Shown here: positions 8,046-17,901 of the stretch, in pieces | Layout: each line of letters opens with the position of its first letter | How positions within the stretch are numbered: position 1 is the first letter of the stretch | The notes under the pieces: model-generated | Databases searched by the model: none | The model's input: the letters and a program-made list of their open reading frames with translations, nothing else | Told to the model about the DNA's origin: nothing | Translations under genes and position numbers: made by a program | Assembly: GCF_007748075.1 (NCBI RefSeq) | Contig: NZ_CP036280.1 | Coordinates: 2,730,001-2,762,000, forward strand | Origin: Mucisphaera calidilacus | GTDB lineage: Bacteria > Planctomycetota > Phycisphaerae > Phycisphaerales > Phycisphaeraceae | Reading direction: 5' to 3' | DNA: 32,000 bases

Positions 8046-9785
8046 TCAGTCGACGCGGATGGTGTAGCGGTCGATGTTGACCTGTCCGAAGAGGTCGGTG
8101 TGTCGGACCTCGAGGGCGTGTGTGCCTTTGGGGAGGTTGTTGGGGAGGGGTGTTTTCCAGAGGTGGTAGGAGGTCTGGGTGTTGGCGATGAGTCCGTTGC
8201 TGCGTGCCTCGGCGGGTATGTTTTTCTGTCGCTCGCGGAGTTGGAGGTAGAGGGGGTCTTTTTCCTCGGTGTAGGTCATGTCTTTCCAGGGGGTGGGGGC
8301 GCGTTGCGTGGTGGGTCCGAAGCGGAGGCGTGTCTGGACTTTGTCGCCCTGGACGCCTCGGAAGACGTTGGCGTAGAGGAAGGCGGGCTGGTCGTCTGCG
8401 GCGGGTTCGGTGACGGTGAGTGTCATCTGGTGGGAGGCCGGTCGTCGTGCGGCGCGGAACTCGGTGCGGTAGCGGTTGCCCTCGAAGTGGATGAGGGTGT
8501 AGCCGTTGGGTGCGCCGTCGCGCATGGTGGTGTGGGGGACGCCTTCTTCGTCGAGTGTTCCGCCGAACCATGATCCGGAGACGGTGACGAGGTTGTCGTG
8601 GTGGTGGATGGCTTTGGGGAATCGGGCGGCGTCGTTGAGGACGTGCTGGTTGAGTTTGCCGAGTGCGGGGTCGGGCTTGTAGCCGGTCTCCTCGCCGAGG
8701 AAGGTTTGTTTCTGGTAGTGGGTGTGGCCGGAGATGGAGAGGGTGTGCGGGTGTCCGGAGAGGATCTGCATGAGTCGGTCGGTCTGTGGGATCTTGTGTT
8801 GTCCGTCGGCGGAGTTGAGGGGGATGTGGAAGCCGAGGACGATGAGGTCGTCCTTGGGAACGATGCTGAGGTAGTTTTCGATGAAGGCGAGCTGGTCGTC
8901 GCGGAAGCAGGACTCGTAGTTGCCGGGGCGTGATCGTTTGCCGTCGGGCCAGTCTTCGTAGGTTCCGTCGAGGTATCCGGTGAAGCCGTTGTACTTGACG
9001 TTGTCCATAAGGATGAAGTGGACCTTGCCGTACTGGAAGGCGTAGGTGAGGGGACCGTAGACGCGTTCCATGGTTTCGTCGGAGTACTTGTCGGGGTCGG
9101 TTTTGGTCTGGTCGGTGCTGCCTGACATGAAGTTCATGTCGTGGTTGCCGAGGACGTTGTACCAGGGGACGCCCAGGAGGGCCTGAGCCTGGTTGAGGAG
9201 TTCGAAGTAGGCGAGGTTGTCGCCGACGAGGTCGCCGAGGGAGATGCCGAAGGCGGCGCCGACGGTGTTGCCGTTGTGGTCGGTGAGGGGGTCGATGACC
9301 TCGCGTCGGAAGAAGTCGATCTGCTGTCGCGAGTATGGCTGCGGGTCGCCGAAGGCGATGATGGTGAAGTCTTCGGGTTCTTCGACGGGGTAGAGGGGGA
9401 AGTTGATCATCTCGGGCAGGGGCCCGGTGGGTTCGACGCCCGGGAAGATGAAGTTGTCGTCGGGCGAGCCCTGGGGCTTGTGGATGTAGTAGTAGCGGGG
9501 GAGGTTGAGTCGGTCGATGGTGACCTGGTAGCCGCGGGGCTTGACGATGAAGAGGATGGTGTCTTCGTCGTTGATCTCGAGGGTATAGGTGCCGTGGTCA
9601 TCGGTTCGGATGACCTGCTGTCCGTCGGAGACGGCGACGCCCGGGATGCCTTCTTCGCCTGCCTGGCGGATGCCGTCGTGGTTGCGGTCGTGGAAGACCA
9701 TGCCGCGAGCGGTGACGGTCTGCGCGTGGGTGTTGTGGGCGACGGAGAGAGCGACGACGGCGAGAAGGGGCAGCCAGTGTTTCAT
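8046..9785 (-). CDS. Secreted calcineurin-like metallophosphoesterase with an N-terminal Ig-like/SdrD-B-like beta domain and a C-terminal beta domain
   Basis: Signal peptide MKHWLPLLAVVALSVAHNTHAQ and N-terminal VFHDRNHDGIRQAGEEGIPGVAVS...DDHGTYTL. Metallophosphatase motifs present: GDPQ, LGDLVGDN, GNHD, GFHIP, SGHTHY. Confidence 0.85.
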   Translation of the reverse strand: MKHWLPLLAVVALSVAHNTHAQTVTARGMVFHDRNHDGIRQAGEEGIPGVAVSDGQQVIRTDDHGTYTLEINDEDTILFIVKPRGYQVTIDRLNLPRYYYIHKPQGSPDDNFIFPGVEPTGPLPEMINFPLYPVEEPEDFTIIAFGDPQPYSRQQIDFFRREVIDPLTDHNGNTVGAAFGISLGDLVGDNLAYFELLNQAQALLGVPWYNVLGNHDMNFMSGSTDQTKTDPDKYSDETMERVYGPLTYAFQYGKVHFILMDNVKYNGFTGYLDGTYEDWPDGKRSRPGNYESCFRDDQLAFIENYLSIVPKDDLIVLGFHIPLNSADGQHKIPQTDRLMQILSGHPHTLSISGHTHYQKQTFLGEETGYKPDPALGKLNQHVLNDAARFPKAIHHHDNLVTVSGSWFGGTLDEEGVPHTTMRDGAPNGYTLIHFEGNRYRTEFRAARRPASHQMTLTVTEPAADDQPAFLYANVFRGVQGDKVQTRLRFGPTTQRAPTPWKDMTYTEEKDPLYLQLRERQKNIPAEARSNGLIANTQTSYHLWKTPLPNNLPKGTHALEVRHTDLFGQVNIDRYTIRVD

Positions 9786-9831
9786 CCTGAACCTCGACCT
9801 GATAGGGGGTTGTCGTTGATCGCCTGACAGG

Positions 9832-10449
9832 TTACGACGAGGCGTGGGATGGTGTGTTAGGGGCGGGTGAATCCTCGTCTTCTTCGGTGGGGTAGGTGGC
9901 GATGTCTTCTTCGGGCGTGGTGTCTTTGTAGCGTTGGATGCACTCGAGGATTTCCTCGCGGGCTTTGTCTTCGCCTTCCCATCCGAGGGTTTTGACCTCG
10001 CCGCCTTCGAGCTGTTTGTAGGTGGCGAAGAAGTGCTCGACCTCGCGGAGGTAGTGGGGCGGGACGCGCCAGAGCCCGTTGTACTCGGCGAAGATGGGGT
10101 CGGTGTCGGGCACGGCGAGGACTTTGTAGTCGTTGTCGCCCTTGTCGGTCATGCGGAAGAGCCCGAGGGGTCGGGCCTCGATGAGGCAGCCGGCGAAGGT
10201 GGGTTCGTTGACCATGACGAGTATGTCGAGGGGGTCGCCGTCCTCGGCGAGTGTCTGCGGGATGATGCCGTAGTCGCCGGGGTAGTGTGCGGAGGAGTAG
10301 AGGTATCGATCGAGTTTGATGATGCCGGTTTTTTTGTCGATTTCGAACTTGGACCTTCGGCCCTTGGGGATTTCGACGATGGCGTTGATCTTGTCGGGTG
10401 GGCTTGCGCCGGGCGATACCTGCATGTACCGGTTGGGTAGCGGCTGCAT
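9832..10449 (-). CDS. ppa: Inorganic pyrophosphatase (family I) with a short acidic C-terminal tail
   Basis: INAIVEIPKGRRSKFEIDKKTGIIKLDRYLYSSAHYPGDYGIIPQTLAEDGDPLDILV and DYKVLAVP are classic family I PPase motifs. AGGAG lies upstream of the ATG. Confidence 0.95.
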   Translation of the reverse strand: MQPLPNRYMQVSPGASPPDKINAIVEIPKGRRSKFEIDKKTGIIKLDRYLYSSAHYPGDYGIIPQTLAEDGDPLDILVMVNEPTFAGCLIEARPLGLFRMTDKGDNDYKVLAVPDTDPIFAEYNGLWRVPPHYLREVEHFFATYKQLEGGEVKTLGWEGEDKAREEILECIQRYKDTTPEEDIATYPTEEDEDSPAPNTPSHASS

Positions 10450-10573
10450 GAGTGTCTCCTAGTTGTCTGTCTTCCCGCTGTTGAGAGGGGCATCATGCCA
10501 CAACCGGCCGTGGAAGGCACGTCGCCGGCTTGCCCCGCGTGCGTTTCATCGACCGCGGGGGTGTTGCGTGGTG

Positions 10574-13500
10574 TCAGGCGACTTCCTTCTCGGTCTCGGC
10601 GTCGGTGGTTTCTTCGTCGCCCTGGAGCATGGCGGCGAGTCGGTCGCGGAAGCGCGATCCGCCGAGTGAGGGTGCGTTGGCGGTGGGGACGAGGGCGGGT
10701 TTGGGGGTCTGGGTAACGCGGTCGGGTGCCGGTGCGGGTCGTTCGGCGGCGGGTTCGAGGACGAGTTCGTCGGTTTCGGTGGCGGCGGCTTCGTGTTCGA
10801 TGCGTTCGCGTCGGTCGGCGTCGCGGACGGCGTCGTCGGCGATGGTTCCGTCGGCGGCGACTTCCTCGAAGGTGACGGCGACGCGTTTGGAGACGCCTCG
10901 CTCCTGCATGGTGATGCCGTAGAGCGTGTTGCAGGCGCGCATGGTTCGTTTGTGGTGGGTGATGACGATGAAGTGGGATCGGTCGAGGAAGGTCTGGACG
11001 ACGTTGGTGAACCGTTCGACGTTGGCTTCGTCGAGAGCGGCGTCGACTTCGTCGAGGATGGCGTAGGGTGAGGGTCGTGTCTTGAAGATGGCCATGAGGA
11101 GCGCTACGGCGGTCATGGTTTTTTCGCCGCCCGAGAGCTGGCTGAGGGCGCGGGGTTCTTTCCCGGGCGGCTTGGCCATGATCTCGATGCCTGACTCGAG
11201 GACGTCGATGTTGCCGTCTTCGTCGGGGACGAGGAAGAGGTCGGCTTTCCCGCCGCCGAAGAGCTTGCGGAACATGCCGTCCTGGCCGGCGAAGTGGTCG
11301 CGGACGCGGTCGAAGGTTTTCTCGAAGCGGACGCGTGAGTCGGTGTTGATGCGTTCGATGAGGGCTTCGAGTTGTTCGCGTGCGGTCTCGATGTCGCTGA
11401 CCTGGTCGGCGAGTTCGTCGTGTCGTCCTTCGAGTTGTTCGAGTTCGTGGATGGCCTCGAGGTTGACGTTGCCGAGGCGCATGATCTTTTCTTTGATCTC
11501 GTGGATGCGTTGCTCGGCGGCGGGTCGGTTGATGGCGAAGGGGTCGGGTTGCGGGTCGGATTCGGCGTTTTCGTCGGCGAGTGGGTCGGCGGCGTTGGCT
11601 TCCTCGGCCCAGGGTGATTCGCCTTGCATGACGGCGCGGACGGCGTCGGCGTGGGCGTGTTCGACGTCGGTGTCGAGTTGTTCGCGGCCTCGGGTGACGA
11701 GGGCTTCGAGCTTGACCTCGGCTTCGCGTTGGGCGACTTCCTCGGCGTGTAGTTTCTTGTCGGCGGCTTCGACCTCGTCGCGGACGCCTCGGATGGACTG
11801 CTTGACCTGGGTGACGTTCTGTTCGGCCCGGGTGGCGGCGGCCTGTGCCGCGGCGACCTGCTCGGCCATGTCCTGAGCGTTCTGCTGCTGCTGCTGGGCG
11901 TCCTTGCGTGACTGCTCGGCCTGGGTTCGGGCCTCGGCGAGACGTGATTCGTGTCCCTTGAGTCGTTCGGCGGCGAGTGCGTGTTCGCGTTGGTGTTCGG
12001 CGGCGGCCTGCTCGGCCTGTCGGAGCGCGGACTCGGTGGAGCGGACCTGTTCGCGGAGTCGTTCGGCGTCGACGTGGAGGGCGCGGGCCTGAGCCTGTGC
12101 GTCTTCGACGGATTTCTCGAGTCCGGGGAGTGCGGTGGAGGCGTTCTGGAGCTGGGTTTCGGCTTCGGTGACGCGCTGGCGGAGGGTGTCGCGTTCGGTG
12201 CGTGCGGTGTCGATCTCGTTGTTGGCGGCGGCGACCTGGTTTTCGAGACCCTCGCGTTCGGCGGCGAGTCGGGGTCGTTCGTTGTCGAGTTCGGCTTGTC
12301 GTCGCGTGGCGGTTTCGATCTCGCCGGTGAGTTTGACGACGCTCCGTTCGAGGCCGTGGAGTCGTTCGCGTGCCTGGCCCGAGGCGCGGGAGAGCTGGTC
12401 GGCCTGCTCGGAGGCGTCTTTGAGGGAGGCGGCGTCGGTGTCGATCTCGCGGCTGAGTGCCTGTGTCTGCTGGACGAGTTCGGCGAGTTCGGTCTTGCGT
12501 TCGAGGAGGCCGAGTCCGGCTTCCTGGCCGGCGGGTCCGAGTCGGAGAGAGCCGTCGGCTTCGAGGAGTCGCCCGTCGGGTGTGACGATGCGGACGTGAT
12601 CGCCTGCGACGAGTCGGATCATCTCGCCGCGTTCGAGGTCCTCGACGAGGATGGTGTTGCCGAGGAGTCGTCGGACGAGGGGTTTGATGGCTTCGGGGGC
12701 GTCGACGAGATCGGCGAGGCAGAGGCCGGGCACGTCGGTCGTGAAGCCTTCGGCTTTGACGTCGGCGGCGACGAGTGCGACGGAGCCGTCGAGTTGTGCG
12801 ATCCATGCCCAGTCGGGGTGGCTGGTGGTGGTGGCGGGTTTCTGGTTGAGGACGATGGCCTGACCGAGTTCGCCGAGCGCTGCGTCGACGGCTTTGGCGA
12901 ATCGCCGGTCGGTGGAGATCATCTCGGCGAGGACGCCCAGGACGGAGGCGTCGAGGACGTTGTGGTTGTTGTCGCGTCGTTCGAGGACGGCCTGGACGGC
13001 CTGGCTGATGCCTTCCTTGCGGTCGCGCATCTCTTCGAGGAGCGTCTGTCGCGAGGCGAGGGAGGATCGTTTTTCGCGTTTGTCGGCGAGCGTGGCGGAG
13101 AGTTCGCGGATGTCGCGGCTGAATCGTTCGCTGTCGTTTTCGAGGCTGGCGAGTTGGTTGCGGACGTCGGCGGCCTGGGATTCGACGGCGTCGAGGTCGT
13201 GCCGTCGGGTGTTGAGTTGTTCGGTGACTTCCGTGTGCCGCTGGGTCTGGGCCTGCTCGCGGGCGGTGATTTTCTCGATGGACTGGTTGAGGTTGTTGAT
13301 GAATCGTTCGTGGGAGGCGATCTCGTTTTCGCGTCGCGAGACGCCTCGGAGCAGCTCGTGGACCTCGGCCTTGGCGTGGTCGAGTTGGGCGCGGTGTGCC
13401 TGGAGTTTCTCGGCGGCCTGCCGGCGTTGGTTGTCGGCGTCTTCTGCTCGGGCGTCGAGTCCCTGGAGCTGGTCGCGTTGGGCGGTGAGCTGGCTGGTGT

Positions 13501-14683
13501 GGGTTTCGATGTGCTGCGCGGTTTCGCGTTGTCGTTGTTCGAAGCCTTCGAGTCGCTGTCGTTCCTCGTCGATGCGTGCGAGGAGTCCCTGGGCGGACTT
13601 CTCGGCGAACTCGGCGCGTTCGCGTGCCTGGCGAGCCGCGGACTCGGCGTTCATGCGATCGCGTTCGCGTTGTTCGGCGTTGCGTCGTGTTTCGGTGGCG
13701 TCGATTTCGGCGTCGGAGACGGCTTGTTCGGCCTGGGCGAGTCGTCCGGAGAGGGCGCGTCGTGCGGCCTCGGCGTCGGCGACGCGTTGGGTGACGTCTT
13801 CGAGTTCTGCGCGGAGGTGGTGGAAGGCGCAGAGGATTTCGCGTCGCTGGAGCGCGTCGAGTTCGGTCTTGAGGGTCTGGAAGGAGCGTGCTCGTGCGGC
13901 CTGGAGCTTGACGCTCCGGAGTCGTCGCTCGGTTTCCTCGAGGCGTGTTCGGCAGAGGGCGAGGTTCTGCTGGGCGCGTTCGAGTCGTCGGGAGGCTTCC
14001 TTGCGTCGAGCCTTGAAGCGAGAGACGCCTGCGGCTTCTTCGAAGATGAGTCGTCGTTCGGAGGCGTTGGCGTCGAGCATGCGTGCGACTTTGCCCTGCT
14101 CGATGACGGAGTAGGCGTCGGTGCCGACGCCTGTGTCCATGAAGAGTTCGCGGACGTCGCGGAGCCGGACGCGTTTCTGGTTGATGAGGTATTCGCTGGT
14201 GCCGTCGCGGTAGAGCTGTCGGGTGACGTCGACGGTTTCGGTGTCGATGCCCAGCCATCGTCGCGGGGCGTCGGGTGAGGCGGCGGTGGTTTGGGGCTGG
14301 TCCCGGGTTTCGGTATCGAGGTCGTCGGTTTCGGCCTCGGTGTCTTCGACGTCGGCGGGTTCGTCGTCCTCGATGCGGTCGAGGTCGGCGAGGATGTCGT
14401 CTTCGGCGGGGGTATCGCGGACGGGGTTTTCGAAGGAGAGGGTGACGCTGGCCATGCCGGAGGGCTTGCGGCCGGCGGCGCCGTTGAAGATGACGTCGAG
14501 CATGGCCCCGCCACGGAGTGATTTGGCAGATTGTTCGCCCAGGACCCACTTGATGGCGTCGACGATATTGGACTTGCCGCAGCCGTTGGGCCCGACGATG
14601 CCGACGATGGGTTGGTCGAAGCGGATTTCGGTCTTATCCGCGAAAGATTTGAATCCGGCCAGGGTGACCTTTTGCAGCCTCAT
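10574..14683 (-). CDS. smc: Chromosome partition protein SMC (1369 aa, longer than typical)
   Basis: N-terminal head [59 protein letters not shown] with Walker A. Long coiled-coil regions, a hinge ([22 protein letters not shown]), and a C-terminal head with [18 protein letters not shown] and [10 protein letters not shown]. Confidence 0.95.
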   Translation of the reverse strand: MRLQKVTLAGFKSFADKTEIRFDQPIVGIVGPNGCGKSNIVDAIKWVLGEQSAKSLRGGAMLDVIFNGAAGRKPSGMASVTLSFENPVRDTPAEDDILADLDRIEDDEPADVEDTEAETDDLDTETRDQPQTTAASPDAPRRWLGIDTETVDVTRQLYRDGTSEYLINQKRVRLRDVRELFMDTGVGTDAYSVIEQGKVARMLDANASERRLIFEEAAGVSRFKARRKEASRRLERAQQNLALCRTRLEETERRLRSVKLQAARARSFQTLKTELDALQRREILCAFHHLRAELEDVTQRVADAEAARRALSGRLAQAEQAVSDAEIDATETRRNAEQRERDRMNAESAARQARERAEFAEKSAQGLLARIDEERQRLEGFEQRQRETAQHIETHTSQLTAQRDQLQGLDARAEDADNQRRQAAEKLQAHRAQLDHAKAEVHELLRGVSRRENEIASHERFINNLNQSIEKITAREQAQTQRHTEVTEQLNTRRHDLDAVESQAADVRNQLASLENDSERFSRDIRELSATLADKREKRSSLASRQTLLEEMRDRKEGISQAVQAVLERRDNNHNVLDASVLGVLAEMISTDRRFAKAVDAALGELGQAIVLNQKPATTTSHPDWAWIAQLDGSVALVAADVKAEGFTTDVPGLCLADLVDAPEAIKPLVRRLLGNTILVEDLERGEMIRLVAGDHVRIVTPDGRLLEADGSLRLGPAGQEAGLGLLERKTELAELVQQTQALSREIDTDAASLKDASEQADQLSRASGQARERLHGLERSVVKLTGEIETATRRQAELDNERPRLAAEREGLENQVAAANNEIDTARTERDTLRQRVTEAETQLQNASTALPGLEKSVEDAQAQARALHVDAERLREQVRSTESALRQAEQAAAEHQREHALAAERLKGHESRLAEARTQAEQSRKDAQQQQQNAQDMAEQVAAAQAAATRAEQNVTQVKQSIRGVRDEVEAADKKLHAEEVAQREAEVKLEALVTRGREQLDTDVEHAHADAVRAVMQGESPWAEEANAADPLADENAESDPQPDPFAINRPAAEQRIHEIKEKIMRLGNVNLEAIHELEQLEGRHDELADQVSDIETAREQLEALIERINTDSRVRFEKTFDRVRDHFAGQDGMFRKLFGGGKADLFLVPDEDGNIDVLESGIEIMAKPPGKEPRALSQLSGGEKTMTAVALLMAIFKTRPSPYAILDEVDAALDEANVERFTNVVQTFLDRSHFIVITHHKRTMRACNTLYGITMQERGVSKRVAVTFEEVAADGTIADDAVRDADRRERIEHEAAATETDELVLEPAAERPAPAPDRVTQTPKPALVPTANAPSLGGSRFRDRLAAMLQGDEETTDAETEKEVA

Positions 14684-14788
14684 CGACAGACCTCCATGTC
14701 TACGCGGGGCGTTCGGATCGCGTGGTTGCGTTCCGGGCTGGTTGTTGACGCCGGCTCCGCCGACATTTGTTCATCATCGTCGCAGTCC

Positions 14789-16597
14789 CTACTGGTTGTC
14801 CAATCCGGTGGTGGCGGCGGCGGGGAGTGTGGCGTTTTGCGAGGTGTTGTCAGAGGCGTCGGCGGAGGTGACGGGTCGTGGTGCGGGGATGGCGTCGCGG
14901 GTCTGCTGCTCGATGAGTTCGCTGAGGGTGCTTCTGCGTAAGCGGAAGTCGGCGCTGAGGTTAGACGCACTCACGAGTTCATAGATGGCGTCGACGGTCT
15001 GGCCGTAGGAGAGGTTTAGTCCCTGCTGGGGTCGGTCTCGGGTGGGGTTGTGTGCGAGGAAGTGGGTGAGTTCGGTGAGGTTGGGGTAGAGCTGTTGGGT
15101 GATGCTGTCGCCGAGGTTGGGCTGGTAGAAGACGGACATGGGTTTGCCGTCGCCGGTTCGGAGCATGAGCCGTCCGTCCCATGCCTGGGCGAATTTGCCG
15201 GGCTGGACGTCGATGGGCCCGCCGAAGTAGACAATGCGTGGGAAGCGGTCGAAGGTGACGTAGATGAGGGGTTCGGGTGCGGGGACCTCGTCGATGACGA
15301 GTTTGATCTTGTCGCGGTCTGAGTAGACGGGGATACGTTCGATGGCGGGGTCGCCTGCGAGGACCATGGCCTCGTAGGCGGCGAGCCGGACGCGTGTGTC
15401 GGGGTCGCGGATGAGTCGGTTGAGTCCGATGGAGGCCTGGAGGTTGTCGGGGAGTTGTGCGAGGGAGGCGGCGATCTGGATGCGTGTTTCGACGCTGGCG
15501 TCGTCGATCTCGTCGATGAGGAATCGAGCGGCCTGTCCGTCGTTGAGACCGGCGCCGGCGTCGAGTGCGGCGAGTCGGACTTTTTGGTTGTCGTGGGTGT
15601 AGATCTCACGGAGTACGGGGAGGACGCCTCGGCCCATGGCGCGCCAGGCGGAGATGACGACGCGTTGGTCGGTGGGGAAGCGGTTGAGTCGGTCGGCGAG
15701 TTCGAGGGTTTTGGCGCGGTCGAAGCCGGGTGCGCGTTGGGTGAAGAGGACCATGACGTGGTCGAGGAAGATAGAGGCCTGTCCGCGCCAGTAGGAGGGG
15801 ACGCGTATGCGGATCATCGCGTCGGTCATGGGCCGTGCGGTTTCGAAGCGGTCGTTGGGTGTCTTGGGGAATCGCTCGTTGATGCGGTCGGCGATGAGTC
15901 GGCTGCGTTGCCAGCTGGGCTGGTTGAGGACGAGTTCGAGGATTCGGTCTTCGGTGGCTTTGCCGCCTGCGACGACGAGTGCCTGTCGCCGGGGGTCGAC
16001 CTCGGCGTCGGGCGTGTCGCTGATGACGGGGTCGATGAAGATGTCGCCTCCGACCTCGCCAACGGGTCGTTTGTAGGCGAGCGAGGGGTCGGGCGGACCG
16101 GGGATGACCTGTGTGGACCAGATGTTGCCGCCTTCGAGGCTGAGGGTCTGTCGGTCGATGGCGGTAACGAGGACGTCGAATCGGTCGCCTTTGGAGGCGC
16201 CGGCGGGGATGAGTCCCTCGACGGCGACGACGGCGGTGTTGGTGTCGAAGAGGACGCGTTCGGGCTGGGGGACCTTGCGCTTGCGCATCTCGTTGAGGAG
16301 GAAGCCTCGGAGGAAGGTGGGGACTTCGGAGGATCCGGTGCCGTTGAGGTTGACACAGAGGGTGTAGCCTGAGACGAGGAGGGGTTCGCCTTCGCGGAGG
16401 GTTGCCATGCTGCCGACGGATCCGCGCAGCCAGAGCGGGCCGCGATAGGTTTCGGAGGAGACGGTGGGTGCGGCTCTGCGGTTTTTGCTGCCGCATCCGG
16501 CGAGGAGCGTGCCGGCGATGGCGGCGAGGAGGGTGCAGGCGACGACGACCCGCAAGGCGGGTGCGAACGGCATTCGCGGAACAGCTTTAAACGTCAT
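14789..16597 (-). CDS. FlgI-like (flagellar P-ring family) lipoprotein with an internal HEAT/armadillo-like repeat region
   Basis: The track ORF runs to 16870, but the first 91 codons are Arg/His-rich and overlap the divergent hpt start. ATG 16597 (alternative 16573) gives MTFKAVPRMPFAPALRVVVACTLLAAIAGTLLAGC, a signal peptide plus lipobox. SGYTLCVNLNGTGSSE, GDRFDVLVTAIDRQTLSLEGG and MIRIRVPS resemble FlgI hallmark motifs from memory. The middle has repeats of the type VRLAALDAGAGLND...ETRIQIAASLAQLPD...TRVRLAAYEAMVLAGDP. Confidence 0.6.
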   Translation of the reverse strand: MTFKAVPRMPFAPALRVVVACTLLAAIAGTLLAGCGSKNRRAAPTVSSETYRGPLWLRGSVGSMATLREGEPLLVSGYTLCVNLNGTGSSEVPTFLRGFLLNEMRKRKVPQPERVLFDTNTAVVAVEGLIPAGASKGDRFDVLVTAIDRQTLSLEGGNIWSTQVIPGPPDPSLAYKRPVGEVGGDIFIDPVISDTPDAEVDPRRQALVVAGGKATEDRILELVLNQPSWQRSRLIADRINERFPKTPNDRFETARPMTDAMIRIRVPSYWRGQASIFLDHVMVLFTQRAPGFDRAKTLELADRLNRFPTDQRVVISAWRAMGRGVLPVLREIYTHDNQKVRLAALDAGAGLNDGQAARFLIDEIDDASVETRIQIAASLAQLPDNLQASIGLNRLIRDPDTRVRLAAYEAMVLAGDPAIERIPVYSDRDKIKLVIDEVPAPEPLIYVTFDRFPRIVYFGGPIDVQPGKFAQAWDGRLMLRTGDGKPMSVFYQPNLGDSITQQLYPNLTELTHFLAHNPTRDRPQQGLNLSYGQTVDAIYELVSASNLSADFRLRRSTLSELIEQQTRDAIPAPRPVTSADASDNTSQNATLPAAATTGLDNQ

Positions 16598-16669
16598 GAG
16601 ACGTATTGTCGCGAGGGATGGCGGGGGGTCAAGGGTTGCGGGTGGGCGTGTTGGTCTACACTCTGTCTT

Positions 16670-17254
16670 ATGGATGCGGATCTTGAGACGATTCTGATCG
16701 ATGAGCAGCAGATTTCGCGTCGTCTGGATGACTTGGCGGCGCGGATGGTGGCGGAGGTGCCGCGTGAGGGCGGGGTGCCTGCGGAGATCGTGCTGATCCC
16801 GATCATGACGGGTGCGTTGGTGTTCACGGCGGACCTGATCCGTCGGATTCCGACGATGCTTTGTTTGCACACGGTGGCGATCAGCTCGTACGGGCGGGCC
16901 ACCCAGCCGGGGGAGGCGAGTTTCAATCGCGAGTTAACTTCTTTGCCTGACGATCTTTCCGGCCGCCACGTGATCCTGGTGGATGACATTCTGGACAGTG
17001 GCCAGACACTGAAGATGGCTCAGGCGCATGTGTTGGAGCGTGGTCCGGCGTCGATGAAGACGTGCGTTCTGCTGCGGAAGCCGACGAACGCGGCGAGGGC
17101 GGTTCCGGTGGAGTACGTGGGTTTTGACATTCCGGACCGTTTTGTGGTGGGTTACGGGCTGGATTTAGCGGGTTATTACCGCAATCTGCCGATGATCGCG
17201 GTCCCGCGGGCGTCGGTGATCGAGCGTCTGGTTGAGCCGTCGGCGACGTCCTGA
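16670..17254 (+). CDS. hpt: Hypoxanthine(-guanine) phosphoribosyltransferase
   Basis: PRPP-binding motif HVILVDDILDSGQTL, the C-terminal VGYGLDLAGYYRNLPMI, and a typical 194 aa length. Confidence 0.9.
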   Translation: MDADLETILIDEQQISRRLDDLAARMVAEVPREGGVPAEIVLIPIMTGALVFTADLIRRIPTMLCLHTVAISSYGRATQPGEASFNRELTSLPDDLSGRHVILVDDILDSGQTLKMAQAHVLERGPASMKTCVLLRKPTNAARAVPVEYVGFDIPDRFVVGYGLDLAGYYRNLPMIAVPRASVIERLVEPSATS

Positions 17255-17262
17255 CAGGAAAG

Positions 17263-17865
17263 GTGATTTCGAGCGAGCGGATGCGTCTCTTAGCCCCACC
17301 GAGTCAGCGTCAGTCTGCGGAGTCCGCGAGCGGTCCGGAGGCGGCGGCTGACTCGCCGCCTTTGGTGTCGATGGTTCCGCCTGAGCTGCTGGAGAGCGGG
17401 GAGATCATTATTTTTCTGATCAAGCCGAGCCTGTGGTTCATTGTGCTGACCCAGGTGCGGAACATGGTGGGTGTGGGTGTGGTGACGGGTCTGGCGTACG
17501 TGTGGGATCTGGGGCTTGGGTCGCTGGTTCGGCCGCGTGACATCGTGCTGGTGGGCCTGATGGCGATGGGTCTGGTGCTGTTGTGGGGTTTTTGTGAGTG
17601 GTTGTCGCGGACGTACATCCTGACGGATCGGAGGGTGATCACGCTGACGGGCGTGCTGCGGGTTCAGGTGTTCGAGGCGGCGTTGGAGCGGGTCCAGCAC
17701 ACGCGTCTGGTGGTTTCGCTTCGCGAGCGGGTTTTGAATCTGGGGACGGTCTCGATCTCGACGGCGGGCACGGCGGGCGAGGAGACGGTGTGGCAGATGC
17801 TGTCGAACCCGCTGGAGGTTCATCAGCAGTTGCTGGCGGCGTTGCGTCGGTATCGCAGGGGCTGA
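17263..17865 (+). CDS. Membrane protein with a bacterial PH domain (bPH_2/YdbS-YdbT-like)
   Basis: Two TM segments (IIIFLIKPSLWFIVLTQV..., IVLVGLMAMGLVLLWGF) followed by YILTDRRVITLTGVLRVQVFEAALERVQHTRLVVSLRERVLNLGTVSIS, the typical bPH_2 pattern. The start is GTG 17263 or ATG 17281. Confidence 0.6.
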   Translation: MISSERMRLLAPPSQRQSAESASGPEAAADSPPLVSMVPPELLESGEIIIFLIKPSLWFIVLTQVRNMVGVGVVTGLAYVWDLGLGSLVRPRDIVLVGLMAMGLVLLWGFCEWLSRTYILTDRRVITLTGVLRVQVFEAALERVQHTRLVVSLRERVLNLGTVSISTAGTAGEETVWQMLSNPLEVHQQLLAALRRYRRG

Positions 17866-17901
17866 TTGGCAATTTTATGTTAATTGATTATAGTCGGAGC
17901 C

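Noticed and set aside
10533-10560. Hairpin CCCCGCG-N14-CGCGGGG between smc and ppa as a possible terminator
   Set aside because: It has a 7 bp stem but a 14 nt loop and no U-tract on the transcribed (minus) strand. It may be structural, but I cannot call it a terminator.
11951-14278. 775 aa plus-strand ORF antisense to smc, plus the other + ORFs at 12894-14114 and 11082-11876
   Set aside because: These are Gly/Val/Glu/Phe-rich antisense translations without motifs, an artefact of the G/T-rich + strand.
10149-14549. 1466 aa ORF on the minus strand, the longest ORF in the track
   Set aside because: It is an alternative frame of smc on the same strand. Its translation is almost pure Arg/Pro/Thr/His low complexity with no motifs, while the overlapping 10574-14683 frame has all SMC hallmarks. 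The C-rich coding strand is simply depleted of stop codons.
16598-16870. N-terminal 91-codon extension of the FlgI-like ORF in the track
   Set aside because: The extension is Arg/His-rich, overlaps the divergent hpt start at 16670 and its promoter region, and precedes an obvious signal peptide and lipobox. The start at 16597 or 16573 is far more plausible.
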